From NCBI GenBank assembly GCA_035084275.1, contig CM068755.1:13082001-13146000 (forward strand): DNA of 64,000 nucleotides, given 5' to 3'. Under the pieces are notes generated by a model. It did not search any database, was not told where the DNA came from, and saw only the letters and a list, made by a program, of their open reading frames with translations. This document shows positions 25,920 through 37,139 of this stretch, in pieces. Both the position numbers and the translations under genes were made by a program. The stretch comes from Hydrolagus colliei (taxonomy: Eukaryota). Within the stretch, counting starts at the first letter, position 1. The number at the start of each line of letters is the position of its first letter.

Positions 25920-26300
25920 ATAATTTGCGTACATTAACCACGTCACCTTGATCATTCTTGGTGATAGTTGAAAGCGCCAATTGATTTGATCACTTATAGA
26001 ATAACGAATGTTGTGGAGGTTTCAACGCAATTTTATTTAATTGCGAGATTTCATGGGGATGACGTCACCGCAGTATTAGGAGCTCTGCGGATCCCCAAGA
26101 CTGAATTTATTAAAAGCCTGTGACATTTATTATTTTATGCAGGTTATAATTATGATTTTGAATGTTTAAAAAAAATGTCATTAGTAATGCAACCGCTCCA
26201 TAGAGGAGAGGGAATAGTAATGCAGTGAGGAGAACTTTAATGACAATTGGAAACCGCACCGTGATGGCATTCAGACAAGGCATCCCACGTCCACTGCACA
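25920..26300. promoter_or_regulatory. putative conserved non-coding element with a perfect CRE (TGACGTCA, 26060-26067) and two hairpins
   Basis: Retains CpGs, has many homeodomain cores, lies in a repeat-poor region; hairpins at 26026-26045 and 26054-26097. Confidence 0.35.
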
Positions 26301-28499
26301 AAATCAACACATCACAGAGTTCTCGGGAGACAACAAGAAGAGAAGTTTTCTCAGTCATATCTTGAGCTAGTGCAGTAAATATTAGATTTTCACTTGCATG
26401 TATGTGGCTGCAACAAGGCAGGTTAACTCGTTTTGTTACATCACCTACAACCTTTGCTCTGGAATGAGTCATTCCAATAATCTGTAAGCACACTATTATG
26501 TATTTACCTAATTCACAAAACTTTCTTTTAAGTAACCTTTCCACAAAAAAGAGAAGTTAACAGCTTGAAATAGACTGCGGTAAATGGATGTGATATGCCT
26601 CTAATAAACAATTGGAGTCAATACTTTTCACAGCCCTCTGCCATATTACCATATTCATTTGTTGTTAGCAATAGATTTTAAAATTTCTAACTACAACCGT
26701 ACGTTTAAGAAAAGGAGTGGAAGTGGGGGAGGGAAAATCCATAAAGTATGGCGCATTATGAAAAAGTCTGTTCACAGTAGGTTTAATATTCAATTTTTGG
26801 GTCAGGATTAAAGGGATTCTGCATCTTTTAATTGCAAATATTCTTCAATGTCTGCTCCACATGATGTCAGCACCCTATGAGATCACTGACTATCAGAAGA
26901 GAAATCTTAATCTTCGCTCCTGATGCTTTCTGCTGTTGACAGCAGCAAAAGCCCTGTCAGAGAAGGAGGGCACACTCGACCTGTGCGACTTAACAACAAA
27001 GCTAAGGTTATTTGTAATGCTACTTATATTCAATAATACAACATGGTCAATTTGAAGGAATCTGACTCGGGGAGAAACTGTTAAGAGCGAAGCTCGGGGT
27101 ATAAGTAATACAGTATGTTTTTGTCACTTCAGGTCAGTTAATGTAAGACCAGGATGACTTTGTTGAAGGTCTCATTACTGAGCAGCTGCGTCTTATGACT
27201 TGTCTATTAGAGCACCCCTCATTACTTTATCGCTTGTTAAATTGTGGATTTGGGCAGGTGACAAGCATCTTCAAGGCTTCTTGCAAATAGACAAAAGTGC
27301 CCTCAATTCACTTAAGTCCTGAGCCTCTGATATGTACTTGGGAGTCCGACAACAATGACTTAATGAGGTAGGTGCTTTACTTAAACATTTGGCATCACCG
27401 CTGCTTGCTTTCCTTTTTAATACATTTTCACATATTAGTATAATGCTAAATACTCCTATTGGAAAAATGATGGAGGTTACAGGCAATGCAGTAAAATGAG
27501 CTGCTTACATTGCAAATTGCAGCAGTCCGTACCATTTTGCAGCCACTGTTCATGCACTGTGAATTTTTTAATACTAAAATACTTCATTTTATGGTACTCA
27601 TGTTAATTTGGCTGCTACTACTTTTTCTCATCATGATAATATATTACTTTCAGATATTCTGGTTTAAATTGAATAGAATGGCATATGTGTTCAGTGTGCA
27701 TCTCTCTCTCTCTCTCCCCCCACTACCCCCACCCCCCCCACCCCCTACCCTCACTCCTCCATGCACACACTCACATACACACTTCTTCCCTCCTCAACAG
27801 TGAACAGGGTGAAGGATTGGAGCTCACTAGGGTTTGGAACCATGAGCTGAAGCCTGTACAAACACTGTCCAAGATGACAGCCTTGGCTCATTCACAACCC
27901 CATCTGCAGCAGTAGGGGAATCCATTATTTTTCTAATCCCGAGGGAGGGAAAGGTCTCTAGCATCATTATTTCTAGGGAAATGTAACTGACTTCACAGCA
28001 CACCCTAATTTGCTCACCGTAATTATAGGTCATGCACTCCTTTGTAATTTATAAAACCTTTGTTCTTATCAATAATGAATGGCCATTGCCAAATCATACA
28101 ACTATAATATTTTTATATTATGAAAATGCTAATGTGGTGCAGCTGAGCCTTATCAGCGGTCAGGCGCTCTATTAAGTAGTCAGCGGTTAGTTCACGCAAA
28201 TTGGTTATGTTAATGTCCTGCAACTAGAATGTAATACTTGGACAGGATGAGGGTTTGGCAATTAATTTTTTTCAGTCACCAGACAGACAGGCAAATTTAT
28301 TTTCCCCCACTCTGGGAATAGGCTAAGGGGAGGTGAGGTGGAAAAGCACTTCAGAGAAGATATGTGACCTAATTGAATGCTCTAAATAAAACAGAAAGAA
28401 TGGGAAGGATTGCATCCTCATTCATTCAGCTGACAATGTTTTGCAACTTAAACCTGTTTTATTAATTATGTTTGACATTTCCTTAATTAGTTTCATTTA

Positions 28500-29070
28500 C
28501 ATCAAATCAGCCCCTACCAGACTATTGCACCATACATCATTTCTCAGAATCTGCATACCTACAGAAAGCCGGCTCGATTTAATTATACATAAAAAGTGTC
28601 TGGCTTATTCTCTGCGAGATGATGTAAAGAGAGAAATGGATTATGGTTTGAGTGTCATTATTTCTCTCCATTTATCTTTTTTTTTCTCCGCACATCAAAA
28701 AAAACGGATCAGGGCAAAAGGACCTTGGCATCTTCTGCCCATCTCCAGGGTTGTGTCATAAAGCATTATCACAAAGGATGTGCTGGAAATGACAAGCATG
28801 GAGATTTTAATGTTAGAGTTTATTAACTGTCACAGACTGCCGTTATACTCTTTCAACACATGGTGCACCTGAGATAAGCAGACACCACTAAATTAGGCTG
28901 ATAGATAGATGGGCCTGACAGGCTTAAGCAGCTGGTGTTGAACAACTTAATCACCCGGTGTTTTTGTAAGAGTTTGAATATCTATTGATCCAGTTAAAAT
29001 TAAAAGCGGTGACAAAGAGCCGTTTCTTGAAAATACTCTTTAAGTATCAGAGCCGTGGTTTCTTAACAAA
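28500..29070. promoter_or_regulatory. putative conserved non-coding element (enhancer-like)
   Basis: Complex non-repetitive sequence with Meis-type TGACAG (28827-32 on -, 28916-21 on +), AGATAA (28872-77), Sox-type ACAAAG, CAGCTG and many TAAT cores. Confidence 0.35.
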
Positions 29071-29644
29071 ACAAATCCAGTTGTTATTTAGCTAAAATTG
29101 CTACCTTCAGCTCTGAGCTGTCAAAATGGAATTCTGTACAGTATGGAATCAGTTGATAAAATAATAATTGCTTGGGGTTTATCAGTGTTTTAATTAAATC
29201 TCTCACTCCCTCACCAATAATGCAGTGAAGTATGTTATATGATACAATTTGCAAAACACACGTTCAGCTATTCTGCTCTAGTACTATTAGCAAATCAGCT
29301 AAAATTTCAACTAAAAGCAAAACAATTGAATAAAATAAAATTGTGTCAAGTCATTTTCTAAAATAAATAAAAATAAAAAGACTTGATACAATCCTAACTC
29401 TCACACAAATTGTGCTATAAACACCCCTTTCCTTGGAAAGGCAACTTGTGTGGCATTAAGGAGTGTTGAATCTTACAGGAGTCCAAACTGTTGTGTTCGT
29501 CAACCATAGAGATGGTGGAATTTGTGGAATTTCACGACTGGGGCCATTTTGCTGCACTGTAGTTTTATGTAAATAGTGCAATAATGCACTAGAAAACAAG
29601 TAAGGCCCAAAGTATCCTCTTTTAAGGCATGCCAAATTAATTAC

Positions 29645-29757
29645 AGAATTGTGGAAGAAGCTTAATTTCTGTGCTAATTTGCATACCGGATCTTTTGATG
29701 AATTGCAAAATAGCAGGTTCCAAATTAGCACAGAGTTAAAGGTTTATCCTCAATTTT
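29645..29757. repeat. imperfect palindrome of about 110 bp (MITE-like or hairpin)
   Basis: Perfect 14-bp inverted repeat tctgtgctaatttg (29668-81) / caaattagcacaga (29721-34), extended imperfectly on both sides. Confidence 0.75.
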
Positions 29758-29894
29758 AAACAATCTTATATTCTGAAATCAAGGGGTCTCAAAATGTTGA
29801 CCTTCTACCTAGGCATGGGTTAAGACTAGGTGGAATTTCGGTTCTCGTGGTGTAATGACAGCACAGTATCAATGCAGAGAGCATGAGAGCCAAA

Positions 29895-30010
29895 TACATT
29901 TACCTTAAAAATGCACAGTCACTACATATTACAGTAAATCCTGTGAAGCATTTTTGAGAAGTCATCATGACATAAACGCAATTATATAAAATGCAACAAC
30001 TATTACTATT
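29895..30010 (+). mobile_element. SINE 3' tail
   Basis: atgcacagtcactacatattacagtaaatcctgtgaagcatttttgag...aaatgcaac. Confidence 0.7.
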
Positions 30011-30819
30011 TGTCATAAAAATTGACATTGTGAGACCGTTATTTTTAGTTCAAGTGGCAATATGTGGAGATGGTGATAAAGATGTATAATGTCGGCGGTG
30101 GAATTGGTACAACCATTTTACTGTTAACAATGGTAAAGCACTAAACTTTCAACTTAAAAATCCTTCCTCTAAAAATAAACGTAAATTGCTAGACTGCAAA
30201 CTGGTAACTGCATTGAGAACAGTCTGTTTGTGTTTCTGCACCCTGCAACTTGACCCTGTTTCTATAGTAGTCCATGTACAGGAACAGACACGATAAGCTC
30301 ATTATTGAATCTGTCATTGTATCTGAGTCAGAGGCAGAATGGAGGAAAGTAAAAACCAACTAAATTGAGAGTGTAGTTTCAGAATAACCTTTAAACTAGT
30401 AAGATTAAAATATATATACTATTTCCTTTCATTTTTAAAAAACCATTGTGGTTTCACTCACAATGTAAAAGGATCAACATTGTGTAGATTCTGCACCAGC
30501 AAAAAAACAACACAACGTACAAGAAGAATTAGCATGAATCACAGCAACTCACAAGTTTTCTCGCAGTGCAATAGAGGGAGGGGGTCTGCCCCATGCCAAG
30601 GTTATTTCCAGCAATAATTCTTTCAACGGATACAGTGTCTTATTACTCCATCAAGCGATAGATAAGTGAGGAGGTAATGTTGAATTTATACAAAGCATTT
30701 TGTATCATACAAATAATGTTTTGTATTTTGTAACACAAATACAACTTTGTTGTAAACAAAACATATTGTATCCAATTCTGGTCTCCCCACCAAAAGGAGC
30801 ATATACAGTAGAAAGTAGA

Positions 30820-31147
30820 AAGGTTGGTACCAGGGCTGGCAGGATTTTGCTGTCAGGATAGATTGAACAGGTTTGGCCTTTTTTTCTCTTTGAAGAGACA
30901 TTTAATAGGCGACCCAATAGAAGTGTTTAAATATAAGATAGAGACAGGAGGGAAGGTTGTGTGTTCATCTCTCAAACAGTGAACTCTAAAAGCATTGCTT
31001 GTTTCAGAAGTTGAGGAATATGGGGAAAGAGCTGCGTTATGAGACTAGACTAGGTGTAGGATCTAGGAAAGACACTCATATGTAGTGTAGATACCAATCG
31101 GACTGGATGGGCCTGTTTTGGAGCTGTACCTTCTCTGACATTTATGA
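30820..31147 (+). mobile_element. CR1 LINE 3' portion, internally deleted
   Basis: Decayed translation RLVPGLAGFCCQDRLNRFGLF...LIGDPIEVFK resembles the CR1 ORF2 C-terminus (GLSYEERL..LGLFSLEKRRLRGDLIEVYK); 3' end gactggatgggcctgtt...gctgta. Confidence 0.8.
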
Positions 31148-31654
31148 AACTTAGTTTTTAATCCAAGGGTAGATTTGTTAAACAAGCAGTGGTCCAATTC
31201 CAGCAATACTGCATTTCAATTAATCAATAACCAGCTACAAGCAGAGAATACAATTCAAACGGTTTGCTAATTCCAAAAATGCAGACTTTCCTTTTTGTAA
31301 TAACATGTTAAGATGTAAATGAGAAATAAAACTTACATAGGCATCTGCTGCATGAATATTCACACCATTTCAGTGTTCGTTCATGCTTATCAAGTTCTCG
31401 GATATGTTATTTAAACATGTATCAGTTAATACATGTTCATCTATACAATTACATTTAAAAAGTGGCAGCCATATAACGTAAGACAAGCTTTTATTAATGC
31501 AGTTGTAGATGTACTCATACTGTCGACTCCATTGTGGAAGCTTCATAATCTCTGCACAAAGCTCAGCAAGGGATACAAGTAAAGAAATCCACCATGAAAT
31601 CTATAGTTCCTTAACAGTCACTTATGAACTGTTGTTCTACAGAATACTCTATTG

Positions 31655-31740
31655 CTAACTGCACTTTACATTAAATCTTGTGAAGAGCTTTTTTTGTATG
31701 TGATAAGGAGCTGTATCATAATAATATTATTATTATTTAC
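31655..31740 (+). mobile_element. SINE 3' tail
   Basis: actgcactttacattaaatcttgtgaagagcttt...gtgataaggagctgtat...(att)n. Confidence 0.6.
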
Positions 31741-31781
31741 AATTATAATTATTATTTAACCTTGACTAGAAAAACAAGTGT

Positions 31782-32310
31782 TAACAACAACAAAATTACA
31801 TTTGTATAGTGCCTTTCAACTCGGGAGGACGTCCCTCGGTGCTGGACAGTCAGTGTTTCAGACCCAAGCTGGTGTCGGGATCAGAGAGGATGGAGGGAAG
31901 GGAGGGAAAGGAGGGTGACCGATGACACTGTCGAAGTGGAGGGTCTTAAGGAAGTCCTTGAAGGAGGCTAGGGAGAGGGCAAGGTGGAGGGACTGCAGGA
32001 TGGAATTCCTGAGATAGGGGGCAAAATGGCCGAAGACTCCCACCGATGGTGGGGCGGGTGGGACGGACAATGCGGACAAGTTGATAGGGGGTTAGGAGGT
32101 TGCAGCGGTAGGGTGGGGCAAGGTCATAGAGGGCTTTAAAGGTGAGGTCCAGGGCCTTGAATTGAATCATCTGAAAGATGTGGAGCCAATGTAGTTGGGC
32201 AAAAATTGGAGAGATGGGGTCGCCGAGCTTGGTACGGGAGAGAATACAGGCTGCAGAGTTCTGGATGATCTGCAGCCTATGGAGGGGAGGAGTTGGGAAG
32301 GCCGACAAAC
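31782..32310 (-). mobile_element. L2 LINE, 5'-truncated, with frameshifted ORF2 C-terminus
   Basis: LHRLQIIQNSAACILSRTK..DPISPIFAQLHWL..IQFKAL.LTFKALYDLAPPY and SLASFKDFLKTLHFD are characteristic L2 ORF2 C-terminal motifs; (aac)n tail at 31782. Confidence 0.93.
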
Positions 32311-32393
32311 ATAGCATAGCATGGCATAGCACAATTAAAGATTTTTGTTACATTTTGAGTAGGACACAGGTCAGTTTCAGTTGCTTCCCCTTC

Positions 32394-32572
32394 AATAATA
32401 ATAATAATCCTTGCCTTTGATCATGTCTTCAAGACGTCTCAAAGTGCTTCACAGAATATACTGTAAAGTCAATTGATTGTATATTTTGTGGGTTAAACTC
32501 GCAGCCTATTGCACATAACAGTATCCCACAAATAGTCATGGATTGAGTGATCAATTTATTATTTATTTTTGA
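32394..32572 (-). mobile_element. family A SINE, 5' truncated
   Basis: (aat)n ccttgcctttga...gacgtctcaaagtgcttcacagaatatactgtaaagtcaattg...cccacaaatagtcatggattg. Confidence 0.88.
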
Positions 32573-33223
32573 GTGCAGGTATGGCCAACTATTTTATGCA
32601 TGCGATTATGGCCTGTGGGCCAACCTTGTTTTATTGCTTCAATAATATTACAATGTATTCGGATAAAACTTTTCATTCAATGTACTGTAGTTATGTTTCC
32701 ATATGTTACTACAACAGTCTTACCTCTTGCCTTACTTCTGTCAATACTTTGAGAGTTTATAATTACTGTATTATATGAAGGTTCAAAGGACTGATGGCCT
32801 CCATTTATCATTTATGTGATTTCCGTGAATCATTTGTAACTAAAATATAAATACGAAGCACTGGATTATTTCTGCAATATTTTCTACATGCAAGGTAAAA
32901 GTCTGGACTATTTGGGGAATGGACCATTAATGTATGACGGATAAAAGAAAGAGTCAAGCTTGCAGTGTTTTAAGTACTGTAAGGATTTGGTCTTCCCAAT
33001 AACATTCTCAAATACCCACAGCCTTTCCCTTGGCTTCTGTGGATGTTTACGTTTTATCAGCCCCACCGTTGGTTATCTTTCCCACAGTGCGGGCAACATT
33101 AAGTTGAACTTCAGAACAATTCACACATTGAAATGTTGTTCCGGGCACGTTTATGCATCACCTGATGAAAGCCATTAGCACTTTGCTATTGCTGTTGGCT
33201 TCAAACAAAGCAAGACACCAAGT

Positions 33224-33320
33224 CCTTCTGAAGGGTCACAGTTAAAACGTTAACCTACCTTTCTCTTTCCAAAGCTGATCGACCTCCTGTACATTTCCAG
33301 TATGTCCTGTATTTATCTCT
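33224..33320 (+). mobile_element. Penelope-like terminal-repeat fragment (decayed hammerhead core)
   Basis: ttctgaagggtcacagttaaaacgttaacctacctttctctttccaaagctgatcgacctcctgtacatttccag; homologous to 36431-36540. Confidence 0.55.
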
Positions 33321-33614
33321 GGCATCCGGTTTTTTTTAACCTCTACCTTCCTCCATCTTACTGAAGTTAGAAACCACAAGTGCAATACCGATCTCGTCAC
33401 CTGCTTATGGTGGCAAATTGTAGCAGAATTAACCCACAATTCATCTCTATTTAGCTCCACAATTTGGGTGCAATTTCATCTCTTCTAACTTCTGCAAAGG
33501 CACTTCCTGGACTTTGCTACTTACACTGAAAGGCAAAGCCAACTACAGCTGATACTTGACTACGCATCAACCTGACAGGATAAAGACATCCAGTTCCCTG
33601 GTTTGCTATTGTAA

Positions 33615-33750
33615 CCACAATCGTTCTGTTTGATGTAGCGCCTATCGTGCCATCGAAATGTCTCAAAGTGTTCCATAAGATTTATTGTCCAGTGTAATAA
33701 CCGTGTGATTTGTAGGTGAATGTGGCAACCTATTTGCACACGGCAATGTG
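33615..33750 (-). mobile_element. Deu-SINE 3' fragment
   Basis: tttgatgtagcgcctatcgtg...tgtctcaaagtg...tgtaggtgaatgtggcaacctatttgcacacggcaatgt. Confidence 0.75.
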
Positions 33751-33992
33751 GATGGTTGGCGAGGACAGCTGGAAAACGGCTGGTTTTTACTCTTCCTGTG
33801 AGAAATTCAGACAGTCACCTTTCTTATACATCTGTGTATTTCAAACCATTATCATTGAATAAAAATCATGGAGTTTCATATTTGACCAGTTTTGGGTTCT
33901 GATAAGGCCCAGATAGACAGAAGAAAATTTTCATCTCTTGGAAGGAAATGCAAGGATTATTATTATTAGTAGTAGTATTATTATAATACTTT

Positions 33993-34305
33993 GTGGAATC
34001 CTGTAGCTCAGTGGTTAGAGCACTCGCTTTACAAGCGAGAGAACTGGGTTCGATGCCAGTCAGGGCGAAACCTTGGGCAAGTTTGTTGGCTCCTCATATC
34101 GGATACTAATCCCTCAAGGAAAAAATAATAAATTGGTCATTTAAATCCACAACTGGGACACTGCTGTGCACAAATGGCTGCCGTGTTTCACCTACACATA
34201 TACAGTCAATTCACTTTACAGTATATTTTGTGAAGCACTTTGAGGCGTCTAGAAGATGTGAAAAGCACTATATCAAATGCAAGGATTATTAGTATTATTA
34301 TTATT
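33993..34305 (+). mobile_element. full-length tRNA-derived SINE, family A
   Basis: A box tagctcagtgg, anticodon arm ctcgc-tttacaa-gcgag, B box ggttcgatgcc, Deu core tgggacactgctgtgcacaaatggctgccg, tail tatcaaatgcaaggattatt. Confidence 0.92.
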
Positions 34306-34579
34306 TGGCCTGGGAGTGCTTGAGGCTAGTTCAGGAGAGAAGAGGTCAGACAATATTCCATTCCCTAGTGCTGATATAGTTTTGAGGAGAGATTTAAAGG
34401 TTAAGAAAGGATCCGATAGAAGGGTTCAAAGTTCCCAAAAGGTTTGAAAGAGTAAAGAAGGAAAAATTATCAACAACAGTGGGTGAATTGTGAACAACGG
34501 AGCATAAATAAACACAAGAGTGTTACTGGGGAAGCTAAAAGACGGGAGAAGCTTGATTTTCATTTTTTTTTCGTAGGCT

Positions 34580-34755
34580 ATGGGACATGCTATCAGACGG
34601 GAATTAGATAAAGAATAAAAAATGAAAAGAATAAAAATGTAAAAGGATATGGGGAGACAAAGGAACTAGAATTTGAGTAGATCGCTCCAGTGTGGAGTCA
34701 TGACAATGCAGATACAACGGGCCGAATGGTCTCCTTCTGTGCTAAGATCTCTCCA
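34580..34755 (+). mobile_element. CR1 LINE 3' end
   Basis: gggaattagataa...ggatatggggaga...gatcgctcc...cagatacaacgggccgaatggtctccttctgtgct. Confidence 0.75.
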
Positions 34756-36430
34756 GTTAACCGCCACTGAACTGATTTTACCATTTTCAACGTTAGCCTA
34801 AAAGCTGCAGGAGAAATTCAAAGTCACATGATCAGAATGCACCTGTACATTATTGTTCTATTTATTTCTCCTTCTAAACATTCCCTTCGCCTTCCGCTGC
34901 TCTCTTCACAGCATCGGCCTTCTAACAAACACAATAGTTCCTGACCCTTGTAATGTCATTTCTCAACTGCTTGTGGGCTATAGAGGAATATAACAGAACA
35001 CTTCAGTTGGCCTTTCCACAATGAATCGAGATTCAAAGAAGTCTCCATTGGGTTTTTCATGTATCAGAAATAACATACATTGTAAGCTTTGTTCACTTTA
35101 ATTGAGACCTCATCCGGTTGTCAAAGGAGAGGCAGCAGTGGCATGGACCCTTCATACTTTCAGATGTAGCAGGCTATTTTTGGATGATCTTGACATCAAA
35201 GATGTTTTTAGCAGTCGTCTGACCGAAGCACAGGAGACAACTTAACTTGGTCCCTAATTTCCATCTTCTTAATGCCTTACAGGAGAGAGTGGGGAAACAA
35301 AAGCCCCCGGTGGAATTGCAAGACCTGCATTTTGATGTGTTCTTCTCTCTTATCTGTGTTAGTAGTGTTTCCCAAAACACAATGTGAATGCTACACAGGA
35401 ATAAATACAAAAGCAGCCTCTGCTGATTTACTGATTAAATCCAGCAGGTTATCTGTGTCAGTGTGTAGCTCACACGAAGGATCCCCCTTGGTTTGAGAGG
35501 GCAGCTCATTCTGTGTGCATAAACCCGCTCATAACCAGCTTGAATAAATATGGATTTTAAACAATTCCGTGTCCGATTGGAAACACCGTAATTCTTTCAT
35601 TTTTAAGCACATAATGTATGACTCATTCTCATAAAAATTTATATCTCCATTCTCCACATTAATTTATGACTAACCTTGAGGCAGATATTATAGGAACATT
35701 AATAAAATGCCTGTAGATCAAAAAAGCATCATTTTTCGTATTCTTCCGATTATTATTATTTCACAAAGACATGAAACACGTTATGTTTTCTTTTAATCTG
35801 CGTTCTACCCCCACAACAACCAAAAGCTCAAGAACAAATTAGAAGATTGCATAACGTTTCAATCATTCTATGAATTTAGATTTTCTTTTATTAAATTTAA
35901 TTAATTTTTAATGACCAGTTCTGCACTCTGTCACTTAATGTGGTACAAGTTTGGTACTTCCTTCATTTTTTCCGTTCATTCACATCATTAATAAAAAGTA
36001 ACGTGTGTTTTTTTTTTATTGTCACAGCTCTCTATCATCCCATTCGCCTTTTATGCAATTTCTGTCAAATACAAATGCAGTGAGTAATTTCTGTGATTTC
36101 AATTTTAATATTAGAAAAGAAAAATATTAAAACATTTATAAGATTAAATTTTCCAGAAGTATGGTGCACTTTTACACATACTTTTAAGCATTCATCTCTT
36201 TTATACTGTATATAGTAACTCACAAACCTCATGTTGGATATCTGAACATGATTCTCATTTTGACTTTCCAGGTTCTTCTTGCAAATGCCAATCGTTCGCC
36301 AATATTCCTGAATATTCCCAGCCATTCTCCCAATACAACTTGCCACCTATTAAAGCCACTATTTTAAACAAAACTAAGCTGACCCTAAAGCTCATCAGCC
36401 CAAGGGAAATAGTCAAATAATTACCTTATC

Positions 36431-36540
36431 AGACGTTCTGACGAAGGGTCGTGGATTAGGAACGTTGACTCATTTTTCCTTTCTCCTTAGATGCTGCCTG
36501 ACCTGCTGAATGTTCCCAGTGATTTTTGTTTTTATTTCAT
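36431..36540 (+). mobile_element. Penelope-like terminal-repeat fragment with hammerhead-like core
   Basis: CTGACGA (36438-44), agggtc..gatt, GGAA, cgttg, then agatgctgcctgacctgctgaatgttcccag..ttttgtttttatttc, a repeat I recall as abundant in chondrichthyans. Confidence 0.6.
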
Positions 36541-36919
36541 CTTATCTGAGTTGACTAGTTACCCAAAGTACAGCATCTGAACTATACAAATGACTTGACT
36601 GGTTGGTATATTGAGTGAGTGACTTGTTATGAACGGGTGATTACTTATCCCATGGGTTAGTTCTTAGAGTGTCAGTGCCATCATTTTTCAAATTATGTCA
36701 TAATTCAATTCATTTTACTATTTCCATTTTATTCTTTGCTCCCCGTTTTGCTTTTTAGATTTTCCCCTGTCTCTGTTTTCCCATTTTGCTCATCTTTTTA
36801 TTGGAACATGGAGTACTTCTTTCTGTCATGTTTTCTATAGGGAAAGATTGAAGTTTCTAGGTAATAGAATTGGCTTTTAACACCCAGTTTTTACCATTGA
36901 GTACCAAATCAATCACACA

Positions 36920-36988
36920 GGACGTCCTCTCTCTTGACGCGAAAGGCGCTATACAAGTGTAATTTTGTTGCTGTTATTGTTCTTGTTG
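36920..36988 (+). mobile_element. L2 3' tail
   Basis: ggacgtcctctctcttgacgcgaaaggcgctatacaagtgtaattttgttgctgtt. Confidence 0.75.
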
Positions 36989-37139
36989 AAAGCAAAGTAA
37001 ATTCTCCTGGTTGATAGAGTTTGAATAGACGAATCCTGTTAGAACTGTCAAGACTGGTAACTTTATTGATCAGTGGGAATATGCACCACACTTTGCCTTT
37101 AGTGCAGCCTCAGAAAATCAGAAAAGTAGCCCTGAAACA

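Noticed and set aside
26054-26097. SECIS element (ATGA...GA in a hairpin)
   Set aside because: Helix II is too short on the 3' side, there is no apical AA motif, and no selenoprotein CDS is nearby.
29830-29855. tRNA 5' half-like sequence ggttctcgtggtgtaatgacagcac
   Set aside because: No B box or T arm follows; at most a decayed SINE head.
31946-32332. 128-aa ORF as a host gene
   Set aside because: It is the frameshifted ORF2 C-terminus of a truncated L2 element.
33993-34066. tRNA-Val(TAC) gene (also at 53486, 44101 and 13779)
   Set aside because: Acceptor and T stems are incomplete, and each head runs directly into a SINE body and tail; these are SINE heads.
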